Source: a virus
Virus record (IMG/VR): IMGVR_UViG_3300046167_000888
Direction: 5' to 3' (one strand)
DNA: 64,000 nt
Within the stretch, counting starts at the first letter, position 1. Each line of letters begins with the position of its first letter. This document shows positions 40,507 through 50,948 of this stretch, piece by piece. The notes beneath the pieces are model-generated. The model did no database searches. It saw nothing but the letters and a program-made list of their open reading frames with translations, and was not told where the DNA came from. Made by a program: the position numbers and the translations under genes.

Positions 40507-40573
40507 CGTGGCTCCCCAAATTGGGCTTCGTATATTGGGATTACATTAACAGTTTTAAAATAAAAGTTATCTT

Positions 40574-41393
40574 ATGGATTTAAATGCAATTAAACAGAAG
40601 TTGGATGGTCTCCAACAAAAAACACAGACCGGACCGAAGAAAGATTACAGTTTAATTTTCTGGAGACCTACAGTAGGTAAACAACAAATTAGGATTGTAC
40701 CATCGAAATTCAATGAAAACAACCCATTTACAGAATTAAAATTCTATTATGGTATTACTAACAAAGTGATGCTTTCACCCCTTAATTATGGTGAGAAAGA
40801 TCCTATTGCTTTGTTTGCTTCAAAACTTAGAGAAGAATATACTAAAGAAAATTATGTTCTAGCTAAGAAATTAGACCCTAAAAACAGGATTTTTGTACCT
40901 GTAGTGGTTAGAGGAGAGGAGGACAAAGGTGTTCGACTATGGCAATTTGGTAAAACCGTATATGAAGAATTACTTTCATTAGCAGTAGATGAGGAAATTG
41001 GAGATTACACTGATATAGTTTCAGGTAGAGATCTTACAATTGAAACAGTAGGACCTGAATCAACAGGAACTCCTTACAACAAATCATCAGTTAGAGTTAG
41101 ACTTAAATCTACTCCATTAAGTGAAGACGCTTCACAAGTAGAAAAAGTGGTGTAATGAACAGCCTGATCCTAACAATGAATTTAAGAAATTCACATTTGA
41201 TGAAATGAAAGTTGCTCTAGAAAAATGGTTATCACCAGAAGGAGAAGAAGATGAAGTTGTAACAACAGCTCCAACTCCTAAGAGCAATTTTAGTTTAGAT
41301 ACATCAGCTCCAGCAGTTAAGAAAAGTAAAGACGATGCGTTCGATTCTATTTTTGATAGTAACGAAGAAAAAGTTGATGATCTACCCTTCTAA
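40574..41393 (+). CDS. single-stranded DNA-binding protein (gp32-like; frameshifted at A5 41142-41146)
   Basis: FWRP..GKQQIRIVP, LWQFGK, GDYTD..GRD; acidic tail DDLPF in the +1 frame. Confidence 0.8.
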
Positions 41394-41395
41394 AT

Positions 41396-42469
41396 ATGGC
41401 AAAAAAAGTATCAAAGTCTCTCTCGGCAGCGGTGTCTGCCGAGATTAAGGCGAAATTTGACTTAAATAAATTTAAATCATCTAAAGGTTTAAATAAAAAC
41501 GTTAAATTTAAGGACCAACAATGGATACCACTTTCAGAGGCGTTCCAAAAAGTATCAGGTGTACCTGGTATTCCTATGGGACACATTTCATTACTTAGAG
41601 GTCATTCTGACACAGGTAAAACAACTGCTTTACTTGAAGCAGCAGTATCAGCTCAAAATATGGGAATTTTACCTGTATTTATTATTACTGAGATGAAATG
41701 GAATTGGGAACATGCAGCTCAAATGGGGCTAGAAGTGAACCTAATTAAAGATGAAGATGGTGAAGTTATAGATTATGAAGGTAATTTTATCTATGTTGAT
41801 AGAGAAACGTTACATACTATTGAAGACGTAGCAGCATTTATTATGGATCTACAGAATGAACAGAAAAAAGGTAATTTACCTTATGATTTAGCATTTTTCT
41901 GGGATTCAATTGGATCAATTCCTTGTGCAATGTCAGTTGAAAAACTGAAAAACAACAATGAATGGAATGCAGGAGCAATGTCAACTCAATTTGGTAATAC
42001 AGTAAACCAAAGTATTGTAATGTCTCGTAAAGAATCATCACCGTATACTAATACATTAATAGCAGTTAATAAAGTTTGGACAGCAAAAGCAGAATCACCT
42101 ATGGGTCAACCTAAAATGATGAACAAAGGTGGAATGGCTATGTGGTATGATGCTACATTTGTAGTTACATTTGGTAATATTTCAAATGCTGGAACATCTA
42201 AAATTAAAGCAATTAAAGGTGGTATGCAAGTAGAATGGGGTAAAAGAACAAATTTACAAATTGATAAAAACCATGTTAACGGTATGCAATCAAGAGGTAA
42301 AATTGTTATGACAAACCACGGCTTTATTCAAGACACTGACAAGGATAAGAATGCTTATAAAAAGGAGCATGCTGATGAATGGTCTAAAATCTTAGGAGGA
42401 GGACAATTCAAAATTGTAGAGGATGAAGAAGACGTAACACCTGTACTTTACGATACACAGGACTTATAA
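41396..42469 (+). CDS. uvsX: RecA/UvsX-like recombinase
   Basis: GIPMG...GHSDTGKTT Walker A; WDSIG; KGG.AM. Confidence 0.85.
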   Translation: MAKKVSKSLSAAVSAEIKAKFDLNKFKSSKGLNKNVKFKDQQWIPLSEAFQKVSGVPGIPMGHISLLRGHSDTGKTTALLEAAVSAQNMGILPVFIITEMKWNWEHAAQMGLEVNLIKDEDGEVIDYEGNFIYVDRETLHTIEDVAAFIMDLQNEQKKGNLPYDLAFFWDSIGSIPCAMSVEKLKNNNEWNAGAMSTQFGNTVNQSIVMSRKESSPYTNTLIAVNKVWTAKAESPMGQPKMMNKGGMAMWYDATFVVTFGNISNAGTSKIKAIKGGMQVEWGKRTNLQIDKNHVNGMQSRGKIVMTNHGFIQDTDKDKNAYKKEHADEWSKILGGGQFKIVEDEEDVTPVLYDTQDL

Positions 42470-42477
42470 ACTAAAAC

Positions 42478-43518
42478 ATGAAGCATAAAGAATTATTTAA
42501 GCTATTGGACGAAGTTCAAGAGCATGGGGAGGAACCTCAATTAAAAAGACATGATAAAGTACTGATTTTAGATGGATTAAATCTATTTTTTAGAAACTTT
42601 GCAATGATGAATATGGTAAATCCTGACGGAGTTCATATTGGAGGATTAGGTGGTTTCTTTCGTTCTTTAGGCGCCATGATTAGACAAACAAATCCAACAT
42701 CTGTTTATGTAGTATTCGACGGAGCAGGTTCAACAACTAACCGTAAGAACCTGCTCTCCGAATACAAAGGAACAAGAAATTTACAACGAATTACAAATTG
42801 GGAAGCATTTGATAGTTTAGAAGATGAGCATGACTCAAAAGTAGACCAAATAGTGCGTATAATCCAGTATTTAAAGCTATTACCTGTTAAAACCACTATA
42901 TTGGATAAAGTAGAAGCGGACGACATTATAGCAGTGTTAGCTGAAAAATTAGTTGAAAAACATAATTCAACTTGTTTTATTGTATCTAGTGATAAAGACT
43001 TTTTACAATTGGTAACTGATAAAATTATTTTATACAGACCAATGGAAAAGGAATATTATACACCTAAAGTAGTAGAAGAAAAATTAGGTTTATTACCTGA
43101 AAATTTTATTTTATATAAAACATTATTAGGTGACAATTCAGATAATATTCCAGGAATTAAAGGATTAGGTGCTAAAGGTATATTTAAAAAGTTTCCTGAA
43201 TTAAAAACTAAAAGTTTAACTTTAGATGATATTTTTGAAATATCTACTAGGAAGTTTAAAGACCACGTTGTATATTCACGCATAATTCAGGATCAAGCCC
43301 GAATTGAAACAAGTTATAAAGTTATGGATTTAAGCATTCCAATGATTGATGATAGAGGTAAGGCTCATATTGATGAATTAATTAATGAAGACATTCCAGA
43401 ATTAAGATCTGATTTATTTATTCAACTTTATAATGAAGATAAATTAGGGGGAATGATTAGAAATTTAGAGAATTGGATTAGAGATATTTTTGAACAATTT
43501 AAAGGTTATAAAGATTAA
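42478..43518 (+). CDS. 5'-3' exonuclease / RNase H (PolI N-terminal, T4 Rnh-like)
   Basis: LDGLNLFFR, VFDG, YKGTR, EADD, SSDKDFLQ, GDNSDNIPGIKGLG. Confidence 0.92.
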   Translation: MKHKELFKLLDEVQEHGEEPQLKRHDKVLILDGLNLFFRNFAMMNMVNPDGVHIGGLGGFFRSLGAMIRQTNPTSVYVVFDGAGSTTNRKNLLSEYKGTRNLQRITNWEAFDSLEDEHDSKVDQIVRIIQYLKLLPVKTTILDKVEADDIIAVLAEKLVEKHNSTCFIVSSDKDFLQLVTDKIILYRPMEKEYYTPKVVEEKLGLLPENFILYKTLLGDNSDNIPGIKGLGAKGIFKKFPELKTKSLTLDDIFEISTRKFKDHVVYSRIIQDQARIETSYKVMDLSIPMIDDRGKAHIDELINEDIPELRSDLFIQLYNEDKLGGMIRNLENWIRDIFEQFKGYKD

Positions 43519-44918
43519 TGACATTACAAACATTAAACCAATACGGAGCTGACTTTCAAATAAAAGTTTTATCATCACTATTAACCCATAAAGATTTTTT
43601 AGTTAATATACATGATATTATTAGTGATGAATATTTTGAAAACCCAGCACATAAATGGGCTATTAAAGAAATACTTAGGTATTATGATAAGTATCATACA
43701 ACACCTGAATTAGAAACATTAAAAATTGAACTACAAAAAGTTGATAATGATGTTTTACAAATATCAATTAAAGAACAACTTAAAAAAGCATTTGTAGCTT
43801 CTGATGATGATTTACAATATGTACAAGAAGAATTTACTAATTTTTGTAAAAACCAACAATTAAAAAGAGCATTAATGACTTCTGTTGATATGTTAAAAGC
43901 AGGAGATTTTGAGTCAATTCGAATGTTAGTTGATAATGCTTTAAAAGCAGGTCAAGATAAAAATATAGGACATGAATATATTAAAGACATTGAAGAACGT
44001 TATAGAGAAAATTCAAGGGAAGTTGTACAAACACCTTGGACCCAAATTAATGAAATACTACAAGGTGGATTGGGAAATGGAGATTTTGGTCTCATATTTG
44101 GTAATCCAGGAGGTGGTAAGTCTTGGAGCTTAGTTGCTTTAGGAGGGTATGCAGTTAGAACAGGTAAAACTGTTCTTCATTATACACTTGAATTAGGAGA
44201 GGATTATGTTGGAAGAAGATATGATGCTTTTTTCTGTAATACTGATGTAAGTAAAATTGGTTTTTATAAAGATAAAGTAGAAGAAACTATACCTCAGTTG
44301 CCAGGTAAACTAATAATTAAAGAATATCCCACAGGTAGGGCAACAATCTCAACAATTGAAGCTCATATTGCGAAATGTACAACTATGGGAAATAAACCAG
44401 ACTTAATAATCATTGATTATGTAGATCTTCTTTCAGGAAGACGTAAAAGTAGGGAGCGTAAGGACGAAATTGATGATATTTATACTAGCACAAAAGGTCT
44501 TGCAAAACAATTAGATATACCAATCTGGTCTGTTTCACAAGTAAACCGTGCAGGAGCACAAGACGACATAATTGAAGGAGACAAGGCAGCAGGGTCATAT
44601 GATAAAATGATGATTTCTGATTTTGCAATGTCTTTATCAAGAAAAAAAGAAGATAAGCAGAGAGGAACCGGACGTCTACATATTATGAAAAATAGATATG
44701 GTATGGATGGTCAATCCTTTTCTTTGTTAGCTAACACATCTACAGGACACTTCGAAGTATTTCCTTACAATACTGACCTAGATGATGTAGAAGCAGCCTC
44801 TCTTAAACCTTCAGCTAAGTCTAATGCTTATGATACGGATGTGGACAGAAGAGAGAAGGCAGCAATGTTTGCAAAATTAAAAACGTCAGATGGCAATTTT
44901 ACTTTTGAGCAGAAATAA
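43518..44918 (+). CDS. replicative DnaB-like helicase (gp41-like)
   Basis: GNPGGGKS, TLEL, IIDYVD, SQVNR, KNRYG. Confidence 0.92.
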   Translation: MTLQTLNQYGADFQIKVLSSLLTHKDFLVNIHDIISDEYFENPAHKWAIKEILRYYDKYHTTPELETLKIELQKVDNDVLQISIKEQLKKAFVASDDDLQYVQEEFTNFCKNQQLKRALMTSVDMLKAGDFESIRMLVDNALKAGQDKNIGHEYIKDIEERYRENSREVVQTPWTQINEILQGGLGNGDFGLIFGNPGGGKSWSLVALGGYAVRTGKTVLHYTLELGEDYVGRRYDAFFCNTDVSKIGFYKDKVEETIPQLPGKLIIKEYPTGRATISTIEAHIAKCTTMGNKPDLIIIDYVDLLSGRRKSRERKDEIDDIYTSTKGLAKQLDIPIWSVSQVNRAGAQDDIIEGDKAAGSYDKMMISDFAMSLSRKKEDKQRGTGRLHIMKNRYGMDGQSFSLLANTSTGHFEVFPYNTDLDDVEAASLKPSAKSNAYDTDVDRREKAAMFAKLKTSDGNFTFEQK

Positions 44919-44942
44919 TTATAACTTTATAAAATAAATACA

Positions 44943-45929
44943 ATGGCAAAAAAATCATTATTACAAGAGCGTATCGTTTATAAACCATTCGAATACCCAG
45001 AAGCACACGATTATTGGATGAAACAACAACAAGCACATTGGCTACACACTGAAGTACCTATGATGTCAGATGTTAACGATTGGAAACAAAATTTAACTGA
45101 AGTTGAAAAAAATATTATTGGTTCTATTTTAAAAGGGTTTGCTCAAACAGAAACTGTAGTAAATGATTATTGGTCATCATTAGTAACAAAATGGTTTAGA
45201 AAACCAGAAGTAATTAAAATGGCAGTTACATTTGGAGCATTTGAAACTATTCACGCTGAAGCTTATTCTTTGTTAAATGAAGAATTAGGATTAGATGATT
45301 TTAGTGAATTTTTAGAAGATGAATCAACAATGGCTAAAATTGAAGCATTAACTGAAGTAAGAGATTCTCATGATGGAACACCTAATTGGCATGAAAGAGC
45401 TAAATCATTAGCAATCTTTTCTGCATTTACAGAAGGTGTAAATTTATTTTCTTCTTTTGCAGTATTACTTTCTTTTAAATTAGATAATAAACTTAAAGGA
45501 GTAGGACAAATTGTAGAATGGAGTATTAGAGATGAATCATTACATTCAGAAGCAGGATGTTGGTTATTTAGAACACTATTAAAAGAACACCCAGAATTTG
45601 ATACCCCAGAATTAAAAGCTGATATTGAAGAGGCAGCTAAATTATCTTTAAAATTAGAATTAGATTTTATTGATACAGTTTATGAAATGGGAGATTTAAA
45701 AGGGTGTCCAAAATATGATTTAGTATCATTTATCAAACATAGAGTAAATACTAAAATGGGTGATCTAGGATATGGACCAATTGTAAATGGTATAGATAAA
45801 GAGGCAGTACAAAGAATGAAATGGTTTGATAGCTTATCAGCTGGAAAACAACATACAGACTTTTTTGCAAATAGAGTAACAAATTATTCAAAAGGTGTTC
45901 AAAATTGGGACGCCGCAGCATTATTTTAA
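44943..45929 (+). CDS. nrdB: ribonucleotide reductase class I beta subunit
   Basis: ETIHAEAY, EGVNLFSSF, RDESLH, DFFA. Confidence 0.95.
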   Translation: MAKKSLLQERIVYKPFEYPEAHDYWMKQQQAHWLHTEVPMMSDVNDWKQNLTEVEKNIIGSILKGFAQTETVVNDYWSSLVTKWFRKPEVIKMAVTFGAFETIHAEAYSLLNEELGLDDFSEFLEDESTMAKIEALTEVRDSHDGTPNWHERAKSLAIFSAFTEGVNLFSSFAVLLSFKLDNKLKGVGQIVEWSIRDESLHSEAGCWLFRTLLKEHPEFDTPELKADIEEAAKLSLKLELDFIDTVYEMGDLKGCPKYDLVSFIKHRVNTKMGDLGYGPIVNGIDKEAVQRMKWFDSLSAGKQHTDFFANRVTNYSKGVQNWDAAALF

Positions 45930-45932
45930 AAT

Positions 45933-47648
45933 ATGGAAAACAACGCACTACAAGTAGATTATAGTAACTGGGAATCAGGTAAACAATATCCTGAGTGGAT
46001 GGATGAAATTTCTTTAGCTACTATTTCAAAGGGATACTTACTCCCAGGTGAAACAGTAAGAACAGCATATAAAAGAGTAGCAAACGCCGCTGCTTCAAGA
46101 TTAAAAAAACCAGAATTAGCTAATAAGTTTTTTAAACTATTTTGGAATGGTTGGGTAGGATTAGCATCACCTGTTTTATCAAATATGGGAACAGATCGTG
46201 GACTACCAATTTCATGTTTTGGTATTGATACACCAGATTCTATACGTGGAATCGGTTTAACTAACGCAGAACTAATGAAATTAACCGCATCTGGCGGAGG
46301 TGTAGGTATTTCATTATCTCGTATTAGAAAACGTGGAGAATATATCTCAGGTAATGGTAAGAGTGAAGGTGTAGTGCCTTGGGCTAAAATTTATGATTCA
46401 GCGATTATTGCTACAAATCAAGGAAATGTACGTAGAGGAGCAGCTTCTGTTAATTTAGATATTAATCATGGAGATATAGACGAGTTTCTACAAATTCGTA
46501 GACCGAAGGGTGATCCAAATAGACAGTGTTTAAATTTACACCAATGTGTAGTTGTAGATGATACTTTTATGCGTAGGTTAGAAGCAAGAGATCCTGATGC
46601 ATTAAATAGATGGGCTACTATTCTAAAAGCTAGAATGGAAACAGGTGAACCTTATATCATGTATAAAGATAATGTTAATAAAGATAATCCTATTGCCTAT
46701 AGATTAAATAATTTAGAAGTAACAATGACTAATATATGTTCAGAAATTACTTTATTTACAGATGAAGAACATAGTTTTATTTGTTGTTTATCTTCTATGA
46801 ACTTAGCAAAATATGATGAATGGAAAGATACAGATGCGGTTGAGTTAGCAACTTGGTTCTTAGATGGTGTAATGCAAGAATTTATTGATAAATCCTCTGG
46901 TAGAGAATCATTAAAAAGAACTAATAATCATGCTAGAAAAGGTAGAGCATTAGGTTTAGGTGTAATGGGATGGCACACTTTCTTACAACAAAAGGGATTA
47001 CCATTTAATTCAATTGCTTCTACAGCCCATACTCATAATATTTTTAATGATATTAGAGGTAAAGCTGAAAAAGCATCTATGAATCTAGCATCTGAATATG
47101 GAGAACCAGTTTGGTGTAGAGGAACAGGAATGAGAAATACTCACTTACTAGCTATTGCACCTACAGTTTCTAATTCAGTAATAGTAGGAGGTATTAGTGC
47201 GGGTATTGAACCTCAACCAGCTAACATTTATACTTTTAATGGTGCTAAAGGTACTTTTATTAGAAAAAATAAAGTATTACAATCTATTTTAGCTGAAAAG
47301 GGAGAAGATAAAGACAAATGGTGGGATCAAATGTTACAAGATGGAGGATCAGCTCAAAACCTACCTGATAATGTATTAACACCAGATGAAAAAGAATTAT
47401 TTTTAACTTTCCCAGAAATAAATCAATTAGAATTAGTAAGACAAGCTGCTATTAGACAAACATATGTGGATCAAACACAATCATTGAATTTAAGTTTTGA
47501 TCCTAATGATTCACCAAAATGGATAAATCAAGTACATATGGAAGCATGGAAATTAGGAATTAAAACCTTATATTACCTACGAACTGACTCAGTAATTAAA
47601 GGTGATTTAGGATCTAGAATGGCAGATTGTATTAGCTGTGATGGATAA
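45933..47648 (+). CDS. nrdA: ribonucleotide reductase class I alpha subunit (short, no ATP cone)
   Basis: PISCF, TNICSEI, CCLSS, IAPT, KTLYY, C-terminal CISC. Confidence 0.95.
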   Translation: MENNALQVDYSNWESGKQYPEWMDEISLATISKGYLLPGETVRTAYKRVANAAASRLKKPELANKFFKLFWNGWVGLASPVLSNMGTDRGLPISCFGIDTPDSIRGIGLTNAELMKLTASGGGVGISLSRIRKRGEYISGNGKSEGVVPWAKIYDSAIIATNQGNVRRGAASVNLDINHGDIDEFLQIRRPKGDPNRQCLNLHQCVVVDDTFMRRLEARDPDALNRWATILKARMETGEPYIMYKDNVNKDNPIAYRLNNLEVTMTNICSEITLFTDEEHSFICCLSSMNLAKYDEWKDTDAVELATWFLDGVMQEFIDKSSGRESLKRTNNHARKGRALGLGVMGWHTFLQQKGLPFNSIASTAHTHNIFNDIRGKAEKASMNLASEYGEPVWCRGTGMRNTHLLAIAPTVSNSVIVGGISAGIEPQPANIYTFNGAKGTFIRKNKVLQSILAEKGEDKDKWWDQMLQDGGSAQNLPDNVLTPDEKELFLTFPEINQLELVRQAAIRQTYVDQTQSLNLSFDPNDSPKWINQVHMEAWKLGIKTLYYLRTDSVIKGDLGSRMADCISCDG

Positions 47649-47653
47649 ACAAT

Positions 47654-48832
47654 ATGAAAACCAGAATATTTTGTTTTTTTCTTTTAATTAGTGGGTTTGT
47701 AAATGCACAAACTACTGTAAACATAAGGTCACTTAAGACTCATTATGGTGGTAGTCAATCAGGTCAGTATTATACAGGTAATGCTAACTCTCACTCAGAA
47801 TTTGACGCTATGGTTAATCTTGCCGATGGCGGTACTACACTCTATACAGAAGGAACTGTAGATATAACAAGTTATCAAGGCCCAAGAGGTGGTAATCATA
47901 CTCCTTATCAACTATGGAATCCACCAAGATGGGGTACTCAAAGATATGCAATTATCTATTCTGGTTGGTTTAAACCCAATAAATCAGGCGTATATTCATT
48001 TAGAACATTTACTGATGACTCACATGAGTTTATGATTAAAGGTATTGGTAAGACTAATGATATAGTTACTAAACATTATGGTTGGAATGTATGGGCTTAT
48101 GGTACGGCAACCCTAGATAAAAATACATGGTATGAGTTTGAATATAGAATTCAAAATTTTGGTGGTATAGGTGCTGCAAATTTCCAATATAAAATACCGA
48201 ATGGTAGTAGCTATAATCAACTCAGTCCCGGTCATCCATTTGCAGAATGGTCTACTACTGAACCTATTGACCCTATAACTCATACTGGATATGTTTATGG
48301 AGCAGAAGAAGAAGCTTTAGCCGGAGTTACAGTACAGTTAAAAACTCAAAATAAAAATCAAGTTGGTTTCTCATATACAACACAAGCTACTACAACCACA
48401 AATTCAAATGGTTATTACTCCTTTAACACTACTTTAGATTATAATAGCTATGACTATACTATTAATATAGTACAACCGGCATTATCAATACCTACTCTAA
48501 ATGATATTAGTTACTTTACTAGTAAATTAATTAGTGGGGTTTATAATTCTAAAGATTATTGGAGAATGGATGTTAATAATGACGGGAAATTTAGTGTTGC
48601 AGATTTATATTCTATGTTAGCTTATATGAATGGTATATTTACACAATATGCTAATACTACTCCTTCAACAAAAGTTTTTCATTACCAACAAACCCCATTT
48701 TATTGGGATCCTTTAGATACAGATACTGATGACAAATCTGAAAGCTTTGGATATGGGAGTTATAGTTTATTTGATCGAAATAACGGCGATTCTACTATAT
48801 TTTACTTAATAAGAGCGGGACATAGGAATTAG
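47654..48832 (+). CDS. secreted PA14-domain protein with CnaB-like domain and C-terminal dockerin-like module
   Basis: Signal peptide ending VNA-Q; YSGWFKP..SGVYSFRTFTDD (PA14); GVTVQL...TTNSNGYYSF; DVNNDGKFSVADL Ca-loop. Confidence 0.7.
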   Translation: MKTRIFCFFLLISGFVNAQTTVNIRSLKTHYGGSQSGQYYTGNANSHSEFDAMVNLADGGTTLYTEGTVDITSYQGPRGGNHTPYQLWNPPRWGTQRYAIIYSGWFKPNKSGVYSFRTFTDDSHEFMIKGIGKTNDIVTKHYGWNVWAYGTATLDKNTWYEFEYRIQNFGGIGAANFQYKIPNGSSYNQLSPGHPFAEWSTTEPIDPITHTGYVYGAEEEALAGVTVQLKTQNKNQVGFSYTTQATTTTNSNGYYSFNTTLDYNSYDYTINIVQPALSIPTLNDISYFTSKLISGVYNSKDYWRMDVNNDGKFSVADLYSMLAYMNGIFTQYANTTPSTKVFHYQQTPFYWDPLDTDTDDKSESFGYGSYSLFDRNNGDSTIFYLIRAGHRN

Positions 48833-48867
48833 TCCCACATATTTATAATAATAAAATATTTAAACGG

Positions 48868-49956
48868 ATGAAAAAATTACTCTTTATGTTAGCGGGGTTA
48901 ATGCTAACGACAACAGTTTATGCCCAAACTACATCACCTGATGCCAATAAGCCTTATGTGATTCTTGATTCTAATTATACTTTAGAATCAATTAGTTCTT
49001 CAAATAATACAATAGTAGATATTTATTATGACAATACTACAGGCAACAAAGTAAAAGGTGTTCAATTTTCTTTTAATTATGATAAAGATGTATTTGATTC
49101 TCCAACTGTAACTTACAACAATACTTCAGGTACTGATGGTTATTTATCTACAAGTGTAGATGCAACAAATGGTATCGTAAAAGTTGTATGGGCTTATAAT
49201 GGTGCTACTTCTACTTTTGATATTACTTCTGGTAATATGTTTGATGTTTCGTTACCATTTAAAGATGCTTATACTAATGGTACAGTTGATGGAATTGACT
49301 TTACTAGTACCTTAACTGCTTATTATGCAAAATCTGATGGAACAGATGCTTCATTAGGTACATCAGATAATGGTGGTAATTTTATAGAACCAGTATTTAA
49401 TTACATAGCTACTATTTTAAATAGCCCTTCAAATCCAACTGAATCGATTCCTGTAATTTTACAAAAATCTGCAGATGGTAGTTCTTGGGCAAATGTATCT
49501 ACAATAACAACTGGAGCAGATGGAAAAGCAACATTCGTAGCAAACCTAGACCAAGGTTATTGGCAATTAAGACTTAAAATTGCAAGTGGATTAAATGCTA
49601 GTACAGCACTAACAACAGCTGATGCTAATATGATTGCTCAAATAGCAGCAGGGGCACAAGCAACATCAGGTATACAATTTTATACTGCTAACCCAAATCA
49701 AGCAAATGGAGTTACAGTATCAGATTCTTATTTATTGTTTGCTAGATTAGCAACTAATGGTACAAGTTACGCTAATAATCCAGATGTATTATTCTTTACA
49801 GAATCACAGTATAATACTATTAACAGTGCAACATCAGACCAGTCTAGTTCAATACCAGGTCTAGCAGAATTCTTATCACCAAATATAAATGGAACTACAA
49901 CTGGTAATTTCTATATATTAGTATTAGGTGATGCCAACGGAACAGGATTAAATTAA
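48868..49956 (+). CDS. secreted protein with cohesin-like N-terminal domain and dockerin-like C-terminal module
   Basis: Signal peptide ending VYA-Q; VKGVQFSFNYD; LTTADANMIAQ...NPNQANGVTVSD...LGDANG. Confidence 0.65.
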   Translation: MKKLLFMLAGLMLTTTVYAQTTSPDANKPYVILDSNYTLESISSSNNTIVDIYYDNTTGNKVKGVQFSFNYDKDVFDSPTVTYNNTSGTDGYLSTSVDATNGIVKVVWAYNGATSTFDITSGNMFDVSLPFKDAYTNGTVDGIDFTSTLTAYYAKSDGTDASLGTSDNGGNFIEPVFNYIATILNSPSNPTESIPVILQKSADGSSWANVSTITTGADGKATFVANLDQGYWQLRLKIASGLNASTALTTADANMIAQIAAGAQATSGIQFYTANPNQANGVTVSDSYLLFARLATNGTSYANNPDVLFFTESQYNTINSATSDQSSSIPGLAEFLSPNINGTTTGNFYILVLGDANGTGLN

Positions 49957-49959
49957 TAA

Positions 49960-50694
49960 ATGAGATTATTATTAATACTATTACTAACAATAACAACAGT
50001 AGCTCATTCTCAGGTCGTATTTAAAGTACCTGAGATTGAGGTTCCTGTTAGTGAGTATATTAATTTACCTGTAGAGATTGAAACCTCAGGAGAAACAGTT
50101 GGAAGTTTAGAATTTGCTTTAAATTTTGATTCACAGTATTTAGAATTTGAAAATATTACTGTAACAGCTAAGGCACAAGAATGGCTGACATACACACAGG
50201 ATTGGGAAGGTGAAAAAGTAAGATGGGGAGGTTATGATGCCTCTTTTGGTGACTTTACTATAAGTAATACAACTGAATTATTTACAGTAAGATTTAAGGT
50301 TATTGATCAAAATTGGACTGAAATACCAATTACTATAGGGAGAAAAACAGCAGGCACAGATTTAGGATGGGATATTGATGTTGATAATACAGATGGATAT
50401 GTTAATAGAATGTCACTTCCATTTGATACACAACCAATAGATGGTATTTACGGTATAGTATATCCTGTCCCAGTAAAAGGTCCATTAACATTTGAATTAA
50501 CAGTTCCTGATAATGACTTTTATACAATTAGAGTAATTACGTATAACGGAACATTAATGAAATCAATTAGAAAGAAATTTTTTAGTGGTTATGTTTCATT
50601 TCAAATGGATTTATCAAATTTAGCATCTGCAATTTATTTACTACAAGTAACTAATGGTAGATTTATTAAAACATTTAAAATTATTAAAAAATGA
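49960..50694 (+). CDS. secreted cohesin-domain protein with T9SS type A C-terminal sorting domain
   Basis: Signal peptide ending AHS-Q; LPVEI...GSLEFALNFD...LFTVRFKV; VYPVPV...MDLSNLASAIYLLQV...KTFKIIKK. Confidence 0.75.
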   Translation: MRLLLILLLTITTVAHSQVVFKVPEIEVPVSEYINLPVEIETSGETVGSLEFALNFDSQYLEFENITVTAKAQEWLTYTQDWEGEKVRWGGYDASFGDFTISNTTELFTVRFKVIDQNWTEIPITIGRKTAGTDLGWDIDVDNTDGYVNRMSLPFDTQPIDGIYGIVYPVPVKGPLTFELTVPDNDFYTIRVITYNGTLMKSIRKKFFSGYVSFQMDLSNLASAIYLLQVTNGRFIKTFKIIKK

Positions 50695-50948
50695 GTAAAA
50701 ATAAAGGATTTTTTTCGGAAATTAAAAACCAAGTAAAGACAGGTATAGGATTAGTTATAACAGCAGGTTTCGGATTATTAATTGCTAATATGCAATCAAT
50801 ATTTGAACCTAAAGAAGATGTTATAGAACCACCTGTAATGGAACAAAAGATTAACCCACCAGCAGCTTCTAAAGATACTATTGTAATTTCTAAAACAATA
50901 ATTATACCTCCTAAGAAAGAAAAAAAAGAAGAAGAAATAACATGGTAA
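50691..50948 (+). CDS. small single-TM protein with Pro-rich tail
   Basis: IGLVITAGFGLLI TM segment. Confidence 0.65.
   Translation: MSKNKGFFSEIKNQVKTGIGLVITAGFGLLIANMQSIFEPKEDVIEPPVMEQKINPPAASKDTIVISKTIIIPPKKEKKEEEITW

Noticed and set aside
40574-41393. SSB and other broken ORFs as pseudogenes or phase-variable genes
   Set aside because: Each has one +1 indel in a short homopolymer with otherwise intact sequence, and SSB is essential; sequencing error is more likely
11982-47648. Introns or inteins in terminase, helicase, polymerase or nrdA/nrdB
   Set aside because: The ORFs are uninterrupted and not oversized; no intein or homing endonuclease motifs were seen
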